A stretch of DNA of 64,000 nucleotides from Octopus vulgaris (Eukaryota): positions 41,416,001 through 41,480,000 of the forward strand of contig OX597838.1 of NCBI GenBank assembly GCA_951406725.2, read 5' to 3'. The position numbers and the translations under genes were made by a program. Of this stretch, positions 13,819-26,030 are shown in pieces; position 1 is the stretch's first letter; each line of letters begins with the position of its first letter. The notes beneath the pieces were generated by a model. It had not been told where the DNA came from. It searched no databases and saw only the letters and a list, made by a program, of their open reading frames with translations.

Positions 13819-13959
13819 AAAGAAACATAAATAATCTCTATTCAATGTGCCTTTAGTTCATGATTGTCAATGAATAATTGCTCATGTTGTGAGCTACTCC
13901 AGTGCAATTTCAGCTTGTACCTCTTCTTTTAATACATCTCAAATGGACACAGCATCCAT

Positions 13960-14500
13960 ATTTACTTAAGAAACCCCCCCCCCACTCAGTTTCCTCTGCA
14001 TTTCACTATGTCACATCCTGGAATAGTTCTGACACTTATCTCCTTTCGGTTTATTTGGGCCAGCATCAACAGATATCCAACAATGGATGAAAAACCATCT
14101 TCCTTACCAATACCAACGACCAAAGATTTATTGGCACGTTAAATTATCCTTGGGGGCCCTTTCACATCACCAGACAGATTTAATCCTGTGCACTTCAATA
14201 CTGTGGGCCCTGTCTCTCCATCTGCTTGCTTGCATTGATTGATACAGCTGGAAGCAACAACCTAGAGCTTTGCTGCAGCAAAATGGTTTCCTTGTTACAG
14301 TAGCTCAGTCACCATTGCAATTCAAATCTTTGAACTTCTCAAACTGATCGACTGCACAACAATTCAAACTACAGCTTATAACCCAAAAGCCAATGGCACT
14401 GTTTAATATTTCCATCATCAATTTAAAGGAGTTGGCAAAGCTCAGCCAGATTTTTTTCATAATGGAGCAAATTTTTTACTATCATGCACATGCATAGAAT
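13960..14500 (+). pseudogene. Gypsy/Ty3 LTR-retrotransposon integrase relic
   Basis: IQTTAYNPKANGTV*YFHHQFK (~14360-14430) matches the TTAYHPQANGxVERFHRQLK motif. Upstream DIQQWMK..QRPKIYWHVK and RFNPVHFNTVGP match the Zn-finger and core-start region. Confidence 0.75.
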
Positions 14501-15413
14501 TACCCTGTTGTTTCCCTCAAATGATTGGGACAAATTGTCTCTCGATGTAGAATCAGTAAGGGACCTAGATTATATTTTGGAAACACTACAACACCTGTAC
14601 ACCTGCAATGGGTGATTGTGTGAATGCACACACACACACACACACACAGATATATATAAAAAAAATTTGTTCATTCTTCTAACAAAAAAAAAAAAAATGT
14701 ATGTTTTACTTTTAAACATCAAAACTGAAGTTTCATATAAATTTAATTCATTAGCAACTATTTCCATAATTGAATTAAATTGTTTTGTTGGTAGAATTCG
14801 TCTTCGTTGTTCTTTTTCTTTGTGACTAAATTTCATTTGACATTTACAGAGGTCACACCACTGCATTCAGTTGGTTTCAGGTTGCTACTCACCATTTAAG
14901 TTTGGTCTCTTTCTTACCTATTTTCAGTTATAGATGCTATCAGCCACTCCTAAACATTCTAATATTTTACAAGAGTTTCTACCGAATACTACCCACAGGC
15001 AATGCCTTTAAATTGAAAGCAATTCAGCTGAATTTCAAATTACTTTTGCGATTCTTTGAATCAGTTTACCCCAAGAACCAGACTGACAATATTAAATTCC
15101 CAGACTCAACTAACCCTAAACAGCTTTGTTGAAGAAAAGTTGAGTCTGGGAGAAAAAGCACAGACTGAAAATCTGCTACATAGCACCAAATCCACTGAAC
15201 ATTTCTGATTTTCCATTGTGTTCTATTGAAAACCACACCCACCCACATTAGTCTGCAGTAGAAGTATCCAAGCCTTCTCCACAACTTCCCGTTCCTGTGT
15301 GTTATGGAATGATCTTTCAACAGAAGGGAAATAACAATACCAGCACCCATCGCTCAACAATTATAAGGTGACAGAGCAAATGTACATAAACATGTTATAT
15401 ATATATACATATA

Positions 15414-15707
15414 TCACGTGATCACGTGACTGACCAGACCATCAGATGTTGCTACACATCACTGGTCACAATGCGTTCGCATTGTTTTAGCCTTCAAATG
15501 ACGCCACCCCCGTCTGGCTAAGCGAGCAGGCCAACAGAAGAGAGAGTGGTGAAAGAGTACAGCAGGGATCACCACCCCCTGCGGGAGCCTCATGGAGCTT
15601 TTAGGTGTTTTCGCTCAATAAACACACACAATGCCCGGTCTGGGAATCGAAACCTCGATCCTACGACCGCGAGTCCGCTGCCCTAACCACTGGGCCATTG
15701 CACCTCC
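15414..15707 (-). mobile_element. tRNA-derived SINE (family C head) ending in a palindromic double E-box
   Basis: Minus-strand head GGAGGTGCAATGGCCCAGTGGTTAGGGCAGCGGACTCGCGG..GGTTTCGATTCCC with A/B boxes. The tail is shared with 41318-41437; flanked by (TA)n. Confidence 0.85.
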
Positions 15708-17354
15708 ATATATATACAGACACATGCAAAAAGGATTCTATTCGTTTCTCAACTCAAGGCTACTGAAGCCTTGTATCCAGGGTGCAACACAGCAGGACTC
15801 AACAATGTGATTGGGAAGGCAACAGAACTGCCAAATATCTAATTAGACTATATTTGATCTGATCAGTAAAGCAACTCATTCAACATCATCCCAGTAACTA
15901 ATGAATTTAATGAAAATACTTACAGTTCCTCACGCTGTCTTTGGGAGAGTACCATGGTGTCGAAACAGTCAGCAAGATACACACCACTTGCAACTTTTCA
16001 ATGCAAAAAAGCTTATCGCTCGTGTATGGAGTGTGTGTTTCAATTACAAGACGGAGAGAGGAGGGGGGGCTTGTTGACTTATTTTAGCTTTAATCCAAAT
16101 AACATCCAAAACTTAACACTTTTGGTTAGGCCACATTCTCACGAAATCTGAAATAAAATAGAAAAAGAATTTATTAAGCATTTTAAAACAAAATCAAAAT
16201 TTAAACACTTATGAGAACACACATATTTCTCAACTACCATCGTTGTTTTAGCATCCACTTTTCCATGCTTACAAGGAACAGATGGAATTTTTAGCAGTGG
16301 AATCCCTGCAGCCAGGTGCCCTTCCTCTCACCCAGCCTCTACCTTGTTCCCAAGGCCAGACAGGTTTTTCACAGCAGATTGTAAACAACACCTGTTTACA
16401 GCCATTATGCAATAAGAACATACACTCTAGAGGCTTCTTTCATTTTCTGTTGATCAAATCCAGTTAAGGTTTTGATTGGCCTAGGGCTACAGAAGATACT
16501 TGCCCCTTAGGAAGCAAGCTTCTTATCCAAATAGCCATGCCTATGCCTACACTTATGAGAATTTATATAAAGTAAATAAAACCAAATTCAGTAAGCTGTC
16601 AGCATGTGTACGGAAATAGGATAAACAAAATAGAGATTTCAAAATGTTGCCAAAATAAATCATTTAAATTATCAACAAGATGGTAAAAATATTACTTTTT
16701 TTTAAATCGTAATTTGTTCAGAAATATTCTAAAAAAGATATTTGCCTCCCAGTTCTATGCTTGCTCTCTTTCTCTCTCTCTCACACAATTATTTAAAATT
16801 TATATTTGCTCTCCAAGTTCTCTCCTCTCACATGATTATTCATTTTTTCCGGATTACTCTTCAAAATAAAGTCAAATTACACGCAATAACCATTATTTTT
16901 TTTCTGGTCTTCAACACCAGACTGTATTCCAAGAAATCAGAATTTCAATATAATTCATCTTTAAATTAACCTCTGTTTAAAAACTGTTTTAAAGTACAAA
17001 TTTATAAAACTGTTACAATTTGAATAAATTAGAAATGAAGGCTGGATAACAGGAAAGGAAATGGGTTTAAATCCATCCATGGAAGGAACAATATAAGGGA
17101 AAAATATGAATAAACTGCAGTCTTTGGTGCATGAGTTAGCATCCATTTGCATTACAGAAATATCGGAACCAAAATATATATTAAAACTTTAATAAATGGG
17201 AAAAAAAGAAAGAAAGGACAACTACAATATCCCAACTGTTGTCAGTCTACAGCAAGTTTCACAATAAATGTTCAAGTCCATGCTGATCTTGGGAATCAGA
17301 CCGACACTGGGGCAACTCCCTCGCCACACAAATCGCTCGTTATCACAACTTTCA

Positions 17355-17633
17355 CAGTTCTATTCTTTTACTCTTTTCAGTCATTTGACTGCAGCCATGC
17401 TGGAGCACCACCTTAAGGGATTTTAGTCGAACAAATCAACCCCAGGACTTACTCTTTGTAAACCTAGTACTCATTCTATCGGTCTCTTTAGCCAAACTGC
17501 TAATTTACAGGGGCGTAAACACACCAACATCGGTTGTCAAGAGATGGGTGAGAGAACAGACACAAACACAAGTATGTATATGTGTGGGTGTATATTATAT
17601 ACTTGGTAGATGGAAACCGAAAGAAGCCCATCG

Positions 17634-17668
<35 letters not shown>

Positions 17669-18010
17669 CGTCCACCACCACCCCAACCATCACTTAACAA
17701 CCGATGTTGGTGTGTTTAACACCCCGTAATATAGCAATTCTGCAAAATAGACCAATAGAATAAGTACTAGGTCGATTTGTTCAATGGGAAGCGGTGCTCC
17801 AACATGGCCGCAGTCAAATGACTGAAATAAGCAAAATAATAAAAGAAAATAGAATATATGACAGGCTTCTTTCAGTTTCCGTCTACCAAATCCACTCAAG
17901 GCTTTGATCGGTCCAAGGCTATAGTAGAAGACACTTGTCCAAGGTACCACACAGCAGGACTGAACCCGGAACCATGTGATTGGGAAGCAAACTTCTTACC
18001 ACACCGCCAC
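17355..18010. mobile_element. Rearranged cluster of SINE family A pieces (minus tail, plus core/tail, minus head)
   Basis: Family A motifs in alternating orientation around a (TA)(TG) microsatellite. Confidence 0.75.
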
Positions 18011-18279
18011 TACTTTTGTATGGGTGAGTGCTGTTGGTTGAAGCCATTAACTTATGTGGTTAATGCTCTTGAGAAGGGCATGAACACCATATCACTTTCA
18101 TTAGAGTATTTGCTACAATCGAAAAGAAACCATTATTCTTTTTGTTGTTGCCGATGTTGTTGCCTTCAACACAAACAGATGCGAGTTCTTTCAAACTGAT
18201 CTCTCCCTCGCTGACCAAATTAAATCCTCGCTGATAACGTAAACAGTTGTAGAGGTGTCACAGGGCCAGCGACGCTTAC

Positions 18280-18411
18280 AGACCGGTTTCAATCCCCAGG
18301 AAGAAAACAGTCCACCAACGATCACACGCTAAACTTCTCTGAAGGGGAGAAGACGGATGCTAAAGTGTCATTGTGAACGTCACCCTTCCCGATTCTCTTC
18401 TTCCTAACAGC
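18280..18411 (-). other. Candidate 132-nt internal exon of a minus-strand gene
   Basis: Acceptor TTATTTTTTTCTCTCTATATTCTGAAATCTCCAG|G at 18411; donor TCT|GTAAGC at 18280; unique, CpG-containing sequence. Frame 0 is open for 29 codons (AVRKKRIGKGDVHNDTLASVFSPSEKFSV) and then hits TGA. Confidence 0.5.
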
Positions 18412-19658
18412 CTGGAGATTTCAGAATATAGAGAGAAAAAAATAACAGCTACATTACACAGAAATAATTCATTAAATATCTAATACACATATTGACAGTG
18501 TTATTAAATTAATGATATCGTTAATAAAACAGAAATCCTCTCGTTATCTGGTTTACAGAATTAAGATTGTCAAAGAACTGAAAATTCAGCATCGCACATA
18601 GAGAGGAAGAGAGTGCGGGGAGGGGGGGGGCAGACGGAAGCAACAATGACGTTGGTGACACGTAATGAGGCAAGTTGGAAAAACAATTTTGATGCGAGTG
18701 GAACTGGTCCCTGGCAGACATGGAGATGATGGAGAGCAGAGTGAGAGAACAAGACAGAAACAGGTAATTAGAGATGGAGACAAAGGGGTTTGTTGCCGGA
18801 GTTCAACAACAGACGCAGAGAAGAAACGAGCAATGGACAAAGAGAAAAATGGCAAAAAGAGAAGGGATTTTTTTTTTAAATATTGGATGGAATAAAAGAC
18901 TATTCGAGAAATATGGTGTTGTTGGGAGAAAGTGAGAGATTAAGATGGACAGACATCGAGTCGAAGAGAGCAAAACAAATATATTCAGTGAGAAACATTA
19001 TCAAAACCGAGACGAGACGATGATTAGAGCATTATTAAACAGTTTGTGTGAAAAATGTATAATTGCCAACGTTGGGAAACTGTGTATATAGGCGTGTGCA
19101 ATATATATATTATAGATAGACACGACTCTGATAATATAAGATATAGACACACACGCACACATTAAATGATGATTCATCGAAATAGCTCGGTTGTTTTTGC
19201 TTCCATCTGCGGTTAAAGAAGAGGTGGAGTGGTTTTATAATAATAATAATGATGGGAGGGAGGGAGCGGAACGGAGAATTGAACGGATATAAACAGAATG
19301 TTCACGAAGGAGCAGTCAGTCAGTCGACCTGCTAGACATAGTAGCTAAAGCTCTCTGCTATATTAAAAAAAAAAAAAAAAGGTTAGGGAGATAAACAATG
19401 CTTGAAAGAAGAAAGTGGTGGCGTCTGGAAGGGTTTACGAGTTCAAGAGTTGGGTGGGTGGGGCCTTGCAACAAATGTTGGACCTACATTTAACCAAGTA
19501 TGTCATGACACAACAACCAGACGTGTGTGTGTGTGTGTGTGTCTGTGATAGCAAAGTCTCAAAGACAGGAAAACAGAACACAAGACTTGAATAATTTTGT
19601 TTGCTTTTTTTTTTGTTGTTGTTGAAACAAAGATATTTTTAAAAATCACTGAAGTTGC

Positions 19659-20398
19659 ACACACACATACATATATATATATATGTATATATACATATAT
19701 ATACACATATACATACACATATATATATACACATATACATATATACACATATACATATACATACATATATATACATATACATATACATACATATATATAC
19801 ATATACATACATATATATATACATATATATATACATATACATACATACATATATACATACATACATATACATATATATATATTTACATACATATATATTT
19901 ACATACATATATATATATACATACATATATATTTACATACATATATATATATACATACATATATATTTACATACATATATATATATACATACATACATAT
20001 ATATATATACATACATACATATATATATATACATACATACATATATATATATACATACATACATATATATATATACATACATACATATATATATATACAT
20101 ACATACATATATATATATACATACATACATATATATATACATACATACATACATATATATACATACATATACATACATACATACATATACATACATACAT
20201 ACATATACATACATACATACATATACATACATACATACATATACATACATACATATATATACATACATACATATATATACATATATATATATATACATAC
20301 ATACATATACATATATATATACATACATACATATATACATACATACATATATACATACATACATATATACATACATACATATATACATACATACATAT

Positions 20399-20429
<31 letters not shown>

Positions 20430-20513
20430 CATACATATATACATATATACATACATATATACATATATACATACATATATACATATACATACATACATAC
20501 ATACATACATACA

Positions 20514-20547
<34 letters not shown>

Positions 20548-20661
20548 CATACATATATACATACATACATATATACATACATACATACATATATACATAC
20601 ATATATACATACATACATATATACATACATATATACATACATACATATATACATACATATA

Positions 20662-20699
<38 letters not shown>

Positions 20700-20718
20700 C
20701 ATACATATATATATATAT
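19659..20718. repeat. ~1.06-kb compound (TA)n/(CATA)n microsatellite
   Basis: Directly visible; source of the spurious Y/I/H/T ORFs. Confidence 0.98.
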
Positions 20719-21318
20719 GGGGGTGGAGGTCTTAAGAAGAAGAAAAACCGTTTATATATAAGAATATATTATTTTATGATTGGCGAGGAAGCAGCTGATA
20801 ATCTGTGTCTCGCTTCCTTTCGTCTGGTTTCAAAACATGAATTAAATGGAAACATGAGCACAAGAAAAATAATCGTAATAAAAGCTATTCTATATGTAGT
20901 GATTATGAACGAGAAACACCATTCAAGTGTGTCTGTTCGTTTCCCAGAGCAAAAATATTCTCCATTAAAAACGGTTTGACTTTGTCTCGCCTCTGACCAT
21001 CGACATTGAATCGTTCGTTCATTGGTAAACACGAAGCAAGATCTCCGTCGAATCACACCACACAGACACCTTATGGAATAATAAAGGGACATATTGGATG
21101 ATGTAGTTGTAGGATGTTTAATGTGTGAAGACGAGATGGGATGGTCACGGCCTGAACGCCTGTTCTTCACGCTGAAGACACAACTGCAAAGAGAGAGAGA
21201 GACAGACACACACACACTTCGCCATTACGAGTCTCTCTTGTCCCTTCTTTGGGCAGAAAAACGAAGAAGCCACATGCCAGAAATAGTTGAAATAAAGAAA
21301 GTCTATCACTGTACTCAC

Positions 21319-21339
21319 TTTGAGAAAATAAACAGCCAT
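21319..21339 (-). CDS. Candidate coding end of a first exon (MAVYFLK); spliced to 18411 it gives a 36-aa ORF
   Basis: ACTACCATGG Kozak-like context, 7 codons, then phase-0 donor AAA|GTGAGT; lies just downstream of the CRE/ETS/GC-box cluster. Confidence 0.4.
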
Positions 21340-21419
21340 GGTAGTAAATATGTTGGAAGAGTTAATTAGATAATTGTTAACTAATTAAAGTTGGAACAAG
21401 ACAACTGCCACTGTCACAA

Positions 21420-21540
21420 ACAACGGGTGACGTCAATGAACAGGAAGTAAGTGGCTGCGAGCAAGAACGTTCCAAGCAGCAGCAGCAGCAGCCGCAACGC
21501 TAGTGCCACTCATAAAGGAAGGTGGGCGGGGGCGGGAAAA
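21420..21540 (-). promoter_or_regulatory. Candidate promoter: full CRE, ETS site and two GC boxes
   Basis: TGACGTCA 21428-21435, ACAGGAAGT 21440-21448, GGGCGG at 21524 and 21530, in locally CpG-rich unique sequence. Confidence 0.55.
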
Positions 21541-21544
21541 TGTG

Positions 21545-21745
21545 GTTGTATAACCCCAGGTGAGAACTGAAGGGGCATGCTTATGATCAATGACATTCCA
21601 GCCGTGACCATTCCATCTTTATTTCAAGTAATGTATTGGAGACTATGTTATCTCACTTGCTTAAAGATGACAGGGTATGATGAGGGAGATTGGCTGCTGC
21701 TATTTCTAGCAAATCGAACAACCACGTAGAAGACTTTCTCGTTGG
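21545..21745. repeat. Old dispersed repeat (CTGCTAGAAATAGCAGCCAAATCTCCCTCA family)
   Basis: Related decayed copies at ~520-620, 5040-5200, 6985-7140, 11700-11860, 19320-19490, 24770-24935, 40500-40615, 47560-47630, 58300-58660. Confidence 0.65.
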
Positions 21746-22534
21746 GTTGTAAGAAGGGGCAGTGTCAAATGGTTTGGGCAGAAAGAGTGAGAGAGAATAA
21801 ATATTTAGAGCAAATGTTACTGCTTCTACTTAAGTTTTTAGAGAAAAGCGAGAAGAGGCAGTTTGTGTCAGTCCGTGACTCGTAAGAACCGACCTGAAAC
21901 ATCCACGTTACACAACTTCTGCCCAAGACAAGCAAATACCACTTCGTGTGTGTGTGTGGAGGGAGGCCAAAATGTTATCAAGTTTATTTGACAAGAGATT
22001 TACTTTTAGCTCATAGCCATTAAGTGATATATCTCATTTCGCTTCACACATACCAGTCTAAATGTATTTCTCAGAACCAACAACCGGGTTGCCCCTTGCC
22101 CATCTTAGACAAGAATTTTCATTTAACGCAAACGATTTTTTATTTTGATAAGGAGTATATTTTTAATGGAATAAAAACAAAACGATTTTTAAAAATTAGT
22201 TTCATTACATTAAATATGGGAATACCTATGGAACATAATCACAAATAAACTAATAATCTAAAAAAAAAAAACAATTTATTTAGATGTGTATGCTTTAAGT
22301 ATAAAATTCATTAAAAAAAAGAGTGGGGGCTGCCCTTGTCCTCTTTTCCGTAATTATCGCCGTACTTTACGGCGGCACAAATCTACTCCCGTTCAATTTT
22401 TCATTAGTTTGAATTCTAGAGTTGTCTTTCTTGATAAATTTTCTTCAGAACTACACTTACGTTAGTCACACCTTAATACTTCTGAGGTAAAACACGCATT
22501 TCTGGTGAATACACAATTGCGTTTGCACACATTT

Positions 22535-22990
22535 TATACATATATAGGATATATATATACACTATATATATATATATATATACACTATATATATATATAT
22601 ACATATATACATACATACATATATACATACACTATATATATATATACATATATACATACATACATACACTATATATATATATACATATATACATACATAC
22701 ATACACTATATATATATATATACATATATACATACATACATACACTATATATATATATACATATATACATACATACATATATATACATATATACATACAT
22801 ACACATATATACATACATACATACATACATACACATACATACATACATACATATATACATACATACATACATACATACATACATACATACATGCATACAT
22901 ACATACATACATATATATATACATACATACATGCATACATACATACATACATGCATACATACATATATATATATACACACACTATATTAT
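22535..22990. repeat. (TA)n/(CATA)n microsatellite
   Basis: Directly visible. Confidence 0.97.
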
Positions 22991-22998
22991 TATATTTA

Positions 22999-23250
22999 CA
23001 GACAGACGATACAAGGAAAACAAGGACAGCTTATTCGGAGTTTTCTTGGGGCTGGCCAGATTGGAGCAATCTCAAGTGTAACTAGCCGAAATTGCAAAGA
23101 TAATTTGGAACTCGACTGATGATAGAAAACTCCCAATGATCCGTCCTTGTTTTCCTTGTATCGCCTGTCTGGATATTTTGTTGTCTCTTTTTTGTTTCAC
23201 CTAACTGTCTGGATGTTTTGTGTTCTTGTCCCATTTTTGTATTTTTTATA
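22999..23250 (+). mobile_element. Short element with 48-bp inverted repeat enclosing hammerhead-like motifs (probable Penelope-type pLTR relic with 5' inversion)
   Basis: Arms 22999-23046 and 23124-23171 (~43/48 match). Interior GGCTGG...CTAGCC-GAAA-TTGCAA (GAAA 23088) and CTGATGA 23116-23122. Embedded in TA/CATA repeats. Confidence 0.55.
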
Positions 23251-23936
23251 CATACATACATACATACATACGATATGTGTGTGTGCGCGCGCACGTCAGG
23301 TGCAGAAACGAATGTAGTGGTTTGTCATTGAAGCCTGGTATTCTCCATCCTTGCACTATATTCTTCTCAATAGCGGAGTTCCACATGTGTATTCAGCCTT
23401 GCGAAATACCTTACTGCAGAGTGGAATGTGGCCAATAACAGTAGGGAGCTCTTAAATACACATTACAAGGTTATTACCAGAATTATACAAATCACAGATA
23501 AAATGACACATGAAAAAACATTTTTAATATTACACAATAAAATCATATCTTTGAAAAATATATATATTCAGAACGAAAGTAGCGAAAAATTACAATTGGC
23601 AATGAAATTATTCTTCGTCATAGCTCTTCAATTGGACCCTATTTATATCAACGTTTCCAGATATTTGACATTATCAAACCGAATCTCTAATTGTCAATAC
23701 CATTAGAAAAACAAAGATAATGACGGTTTTGAACCAGTACACCAATATTATTAGGACAAATTTATATATAAACTAAAGGAAAAGTAGCCATCTGACCGTA
23801 ATGCCCAAGCATAGGAGCTATATGAATCTAGTTAATATCTGTTCATGGGGGGGAAAAGGGCTTGTCATAACCTCATTGCCACCATCTCTTTATACCTGCT
23901 TGAAATTACCTGTATCAGATTATCATACACAAAAAC

Positions 23937-23972
<36 letters not shown>

Positions 23973-23975
<3 letters not shown>

Positions 23976-24358
23976 AGTGGCTGTGTGGTAAGTAGCATGC
24001 TTACTAACCACATGGTTCCGGGTTCAGTTCCACTGCGTGGCACCTTGGGCAAGTGTTTTCTACTATAGCCTCGGGCCAACCAAAGCCTTGTGGGTGGATT
24101 TGGTAGACGGAAACTGAAAGAAGCCCGTCGTATATATGTATATATATATATATGCATGTGTGTCCCCCTAGCATTGCTTAACAATCTATGCTGGTGTGTT
24201 TATGTCCCCGTTACTTAGCGGTTCGGCAAAAGAGACCGATAGAATAAGTACTGGGCTTACAAAAGAATAAGTCCCGGGGTTGAGTTGCTCGATTAAAGGC
24301 GGTGCTCCAGCATGGCCGCAGTCAAATGACTGAAACAAGTAAAAGAGTAAAAAGAGAG
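23973..24358 (+). mobile_element. Full-length tRNA-derived SINE family A
   Basis: Head GGAGTGGCTGTGTGGTAAG..GGTTCAGTTCC, CORE-like CCTTGGGCAAGTG, internal microsatellite, tail TGACTGAAACAAGTAAAAGAGTAAAAG. Confidence 0.92.
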
Positions 24359-25881
24359 TATATATATATATATATACACACACACACATACCACTGTTCC
24401 AGGTGGTGTAAACAGGAAAAAGCAAGGCTCACAAACAGCCACACCCACCTAGCTACACCCAACAAAAGTTTCTCGTCAAAAATCATTTCCTGACAACAAA
24501 TGAATTATCAAATACGAATTACCATCTACCTTCGAAAGTTCTAATTAACACACACTAGTGTTGGATGGCATGTCCAAACACACACACACACACACAGTAT
24601 GAGTTTTCTTTTGGTGTGTGTGTTGGGGGAGGAGTTCTTCTCTCACAGGCAAAAAAGATCGAATTTCAAGATTTAAAGCCATCAATTTCTTTCTGTTACA
24701 AAATCAGTAAACCTGATGCTGAGATATGCAGAGAGGAAGGAAATCGGTGCTTAGCGCCACTCAATATTTATCGAGAAGGCTTGGGCTCAAAGACACCCCA
24801 GCCGTAACCATCTCGTCTTTTTATATAATTTGACCTATATTGTCTTACGTATCTTTCATAAAAGACAACAGGTGTGATCTGAGGGAAGTTGGTTGCTAAT
24901 TCTAACAGGTCGAACGACTACGTAGAAGCTCCCTACTTAGCTCATTTTCGCAATAGCGTTTAGAATAGGAAGTTGTGACATTCATACCATTCCAAATAGC
25001 ATCAGCAAGGCAACTGAAGCAGAGAGGAGTGCTAGCTGTAGCTTGCTACTATTAATATCAATCGATTTTTCCCCTTCTTTCTTTAGCAAAAGGCATTGTT
25101 GGTTGTCAGGAGAATCAGTCACCGAGAAGCAAACGTTTTGTGAATTGTCGATTATAAGGCGTTGTCAGGTTTTGTAATAATACTACTACTACTACACCAC
25201 TTGTGCTTGCCAAGGAGAGGCTGAGGGCTCGCTCAAAGTTGTTCAACTTCTTTATACATTTTAAATGGAAAAAAGAAAAACATGGTATTTAGTAGTGATT
25301 AAAACCATTGTATATGTGTGCAGGAACAACACAAGGACAGGGTCACAAGCCTAGGAACCCACTCAAAAAAATAATACGATTTTAATTTTGTTTACTATCA
25401 TCGTCCAACTTTAAACGTGGGTGTAATGACGTTTAAGGGAGTCACGATCAAGAATTCAAAGGGAACACTAATTAGGTCAAACATTCCAATGTACTTTTAC
25501 AAGAAAAAAAAAAGGTTTTTGTTCTTTTGTTTATCGTTTGTCACCAAGTTCTGGCAGATTTTATTCTTTCCTGGGACAAATAGAGCAGTCATAGTAGGGG
25601 CCAGCACAGAAATGGCACCTTCGTCTGTAGATTGATTTCTTCATGAGAACCGCCTATTCATTGCTAAGGGACCTGGGCCCTAGTTTTCTTGAAATTCCAA
25701 ATAAAGTATTGAAAAGGAAAAGAAATTCATGTCAGCCCCTTCGTTTCTGTGGGAAGCTTTCAGAAACCAAACTAGGGCGATTGCTCTAAAGTGAAGAAGT
25801 CTCAACGAGTTTTTTTGGGGGTGGGGGACATATGTGATGAGAGGTGATCTTGGAAATGAAGGAATTTCTATTGTTGTCTTT

Positions 25882-26030
25882 GGCAATCCTTCGGTATCAA
25901 CACACGATTCAACCACACAACCTTCCCTCATGACACAGATAATAAAAAAAAAACGCTAAGCTGAAAAAACTGGGTGAATGACGTCGTCTTTTCATACCAA
26001 CATTCTGGAGACCAATACCGAAGGATCGCC
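25882..26030. mobile_element. ~150-bp MITE with GGCAATCCTTCGGTAT / ATACCGAAGGATCGCC termini
   Basis: 16-bp imperfect TIR; second homologous copy at 59368-59512. Confidence 0.75.

Noticed and set aside
18280-18324. Two in-frame TGA codons suggesting selenoprotein read-through
   Set aside because: No redox motif or visible SECIS, and the next candidate exon closes with TAA in that frame.
19503-20979. Long ORFs up to 460 aa rich in Y/I/H/T or M/Y/V/C
   Set aside because: Stop-free translation of a TA/CATA microsatellite; the same applies to ORFs at 22.5-23.1, 30.0-30.3, 46, 58.7-60.5 and 61.1-61.6 kb.
22358-22374. 7-bp hairpin CGCCGTA-CTT-TACGGCG
   Set aside because: Too short, with no Helitron-type CTRR end at the expected distance.
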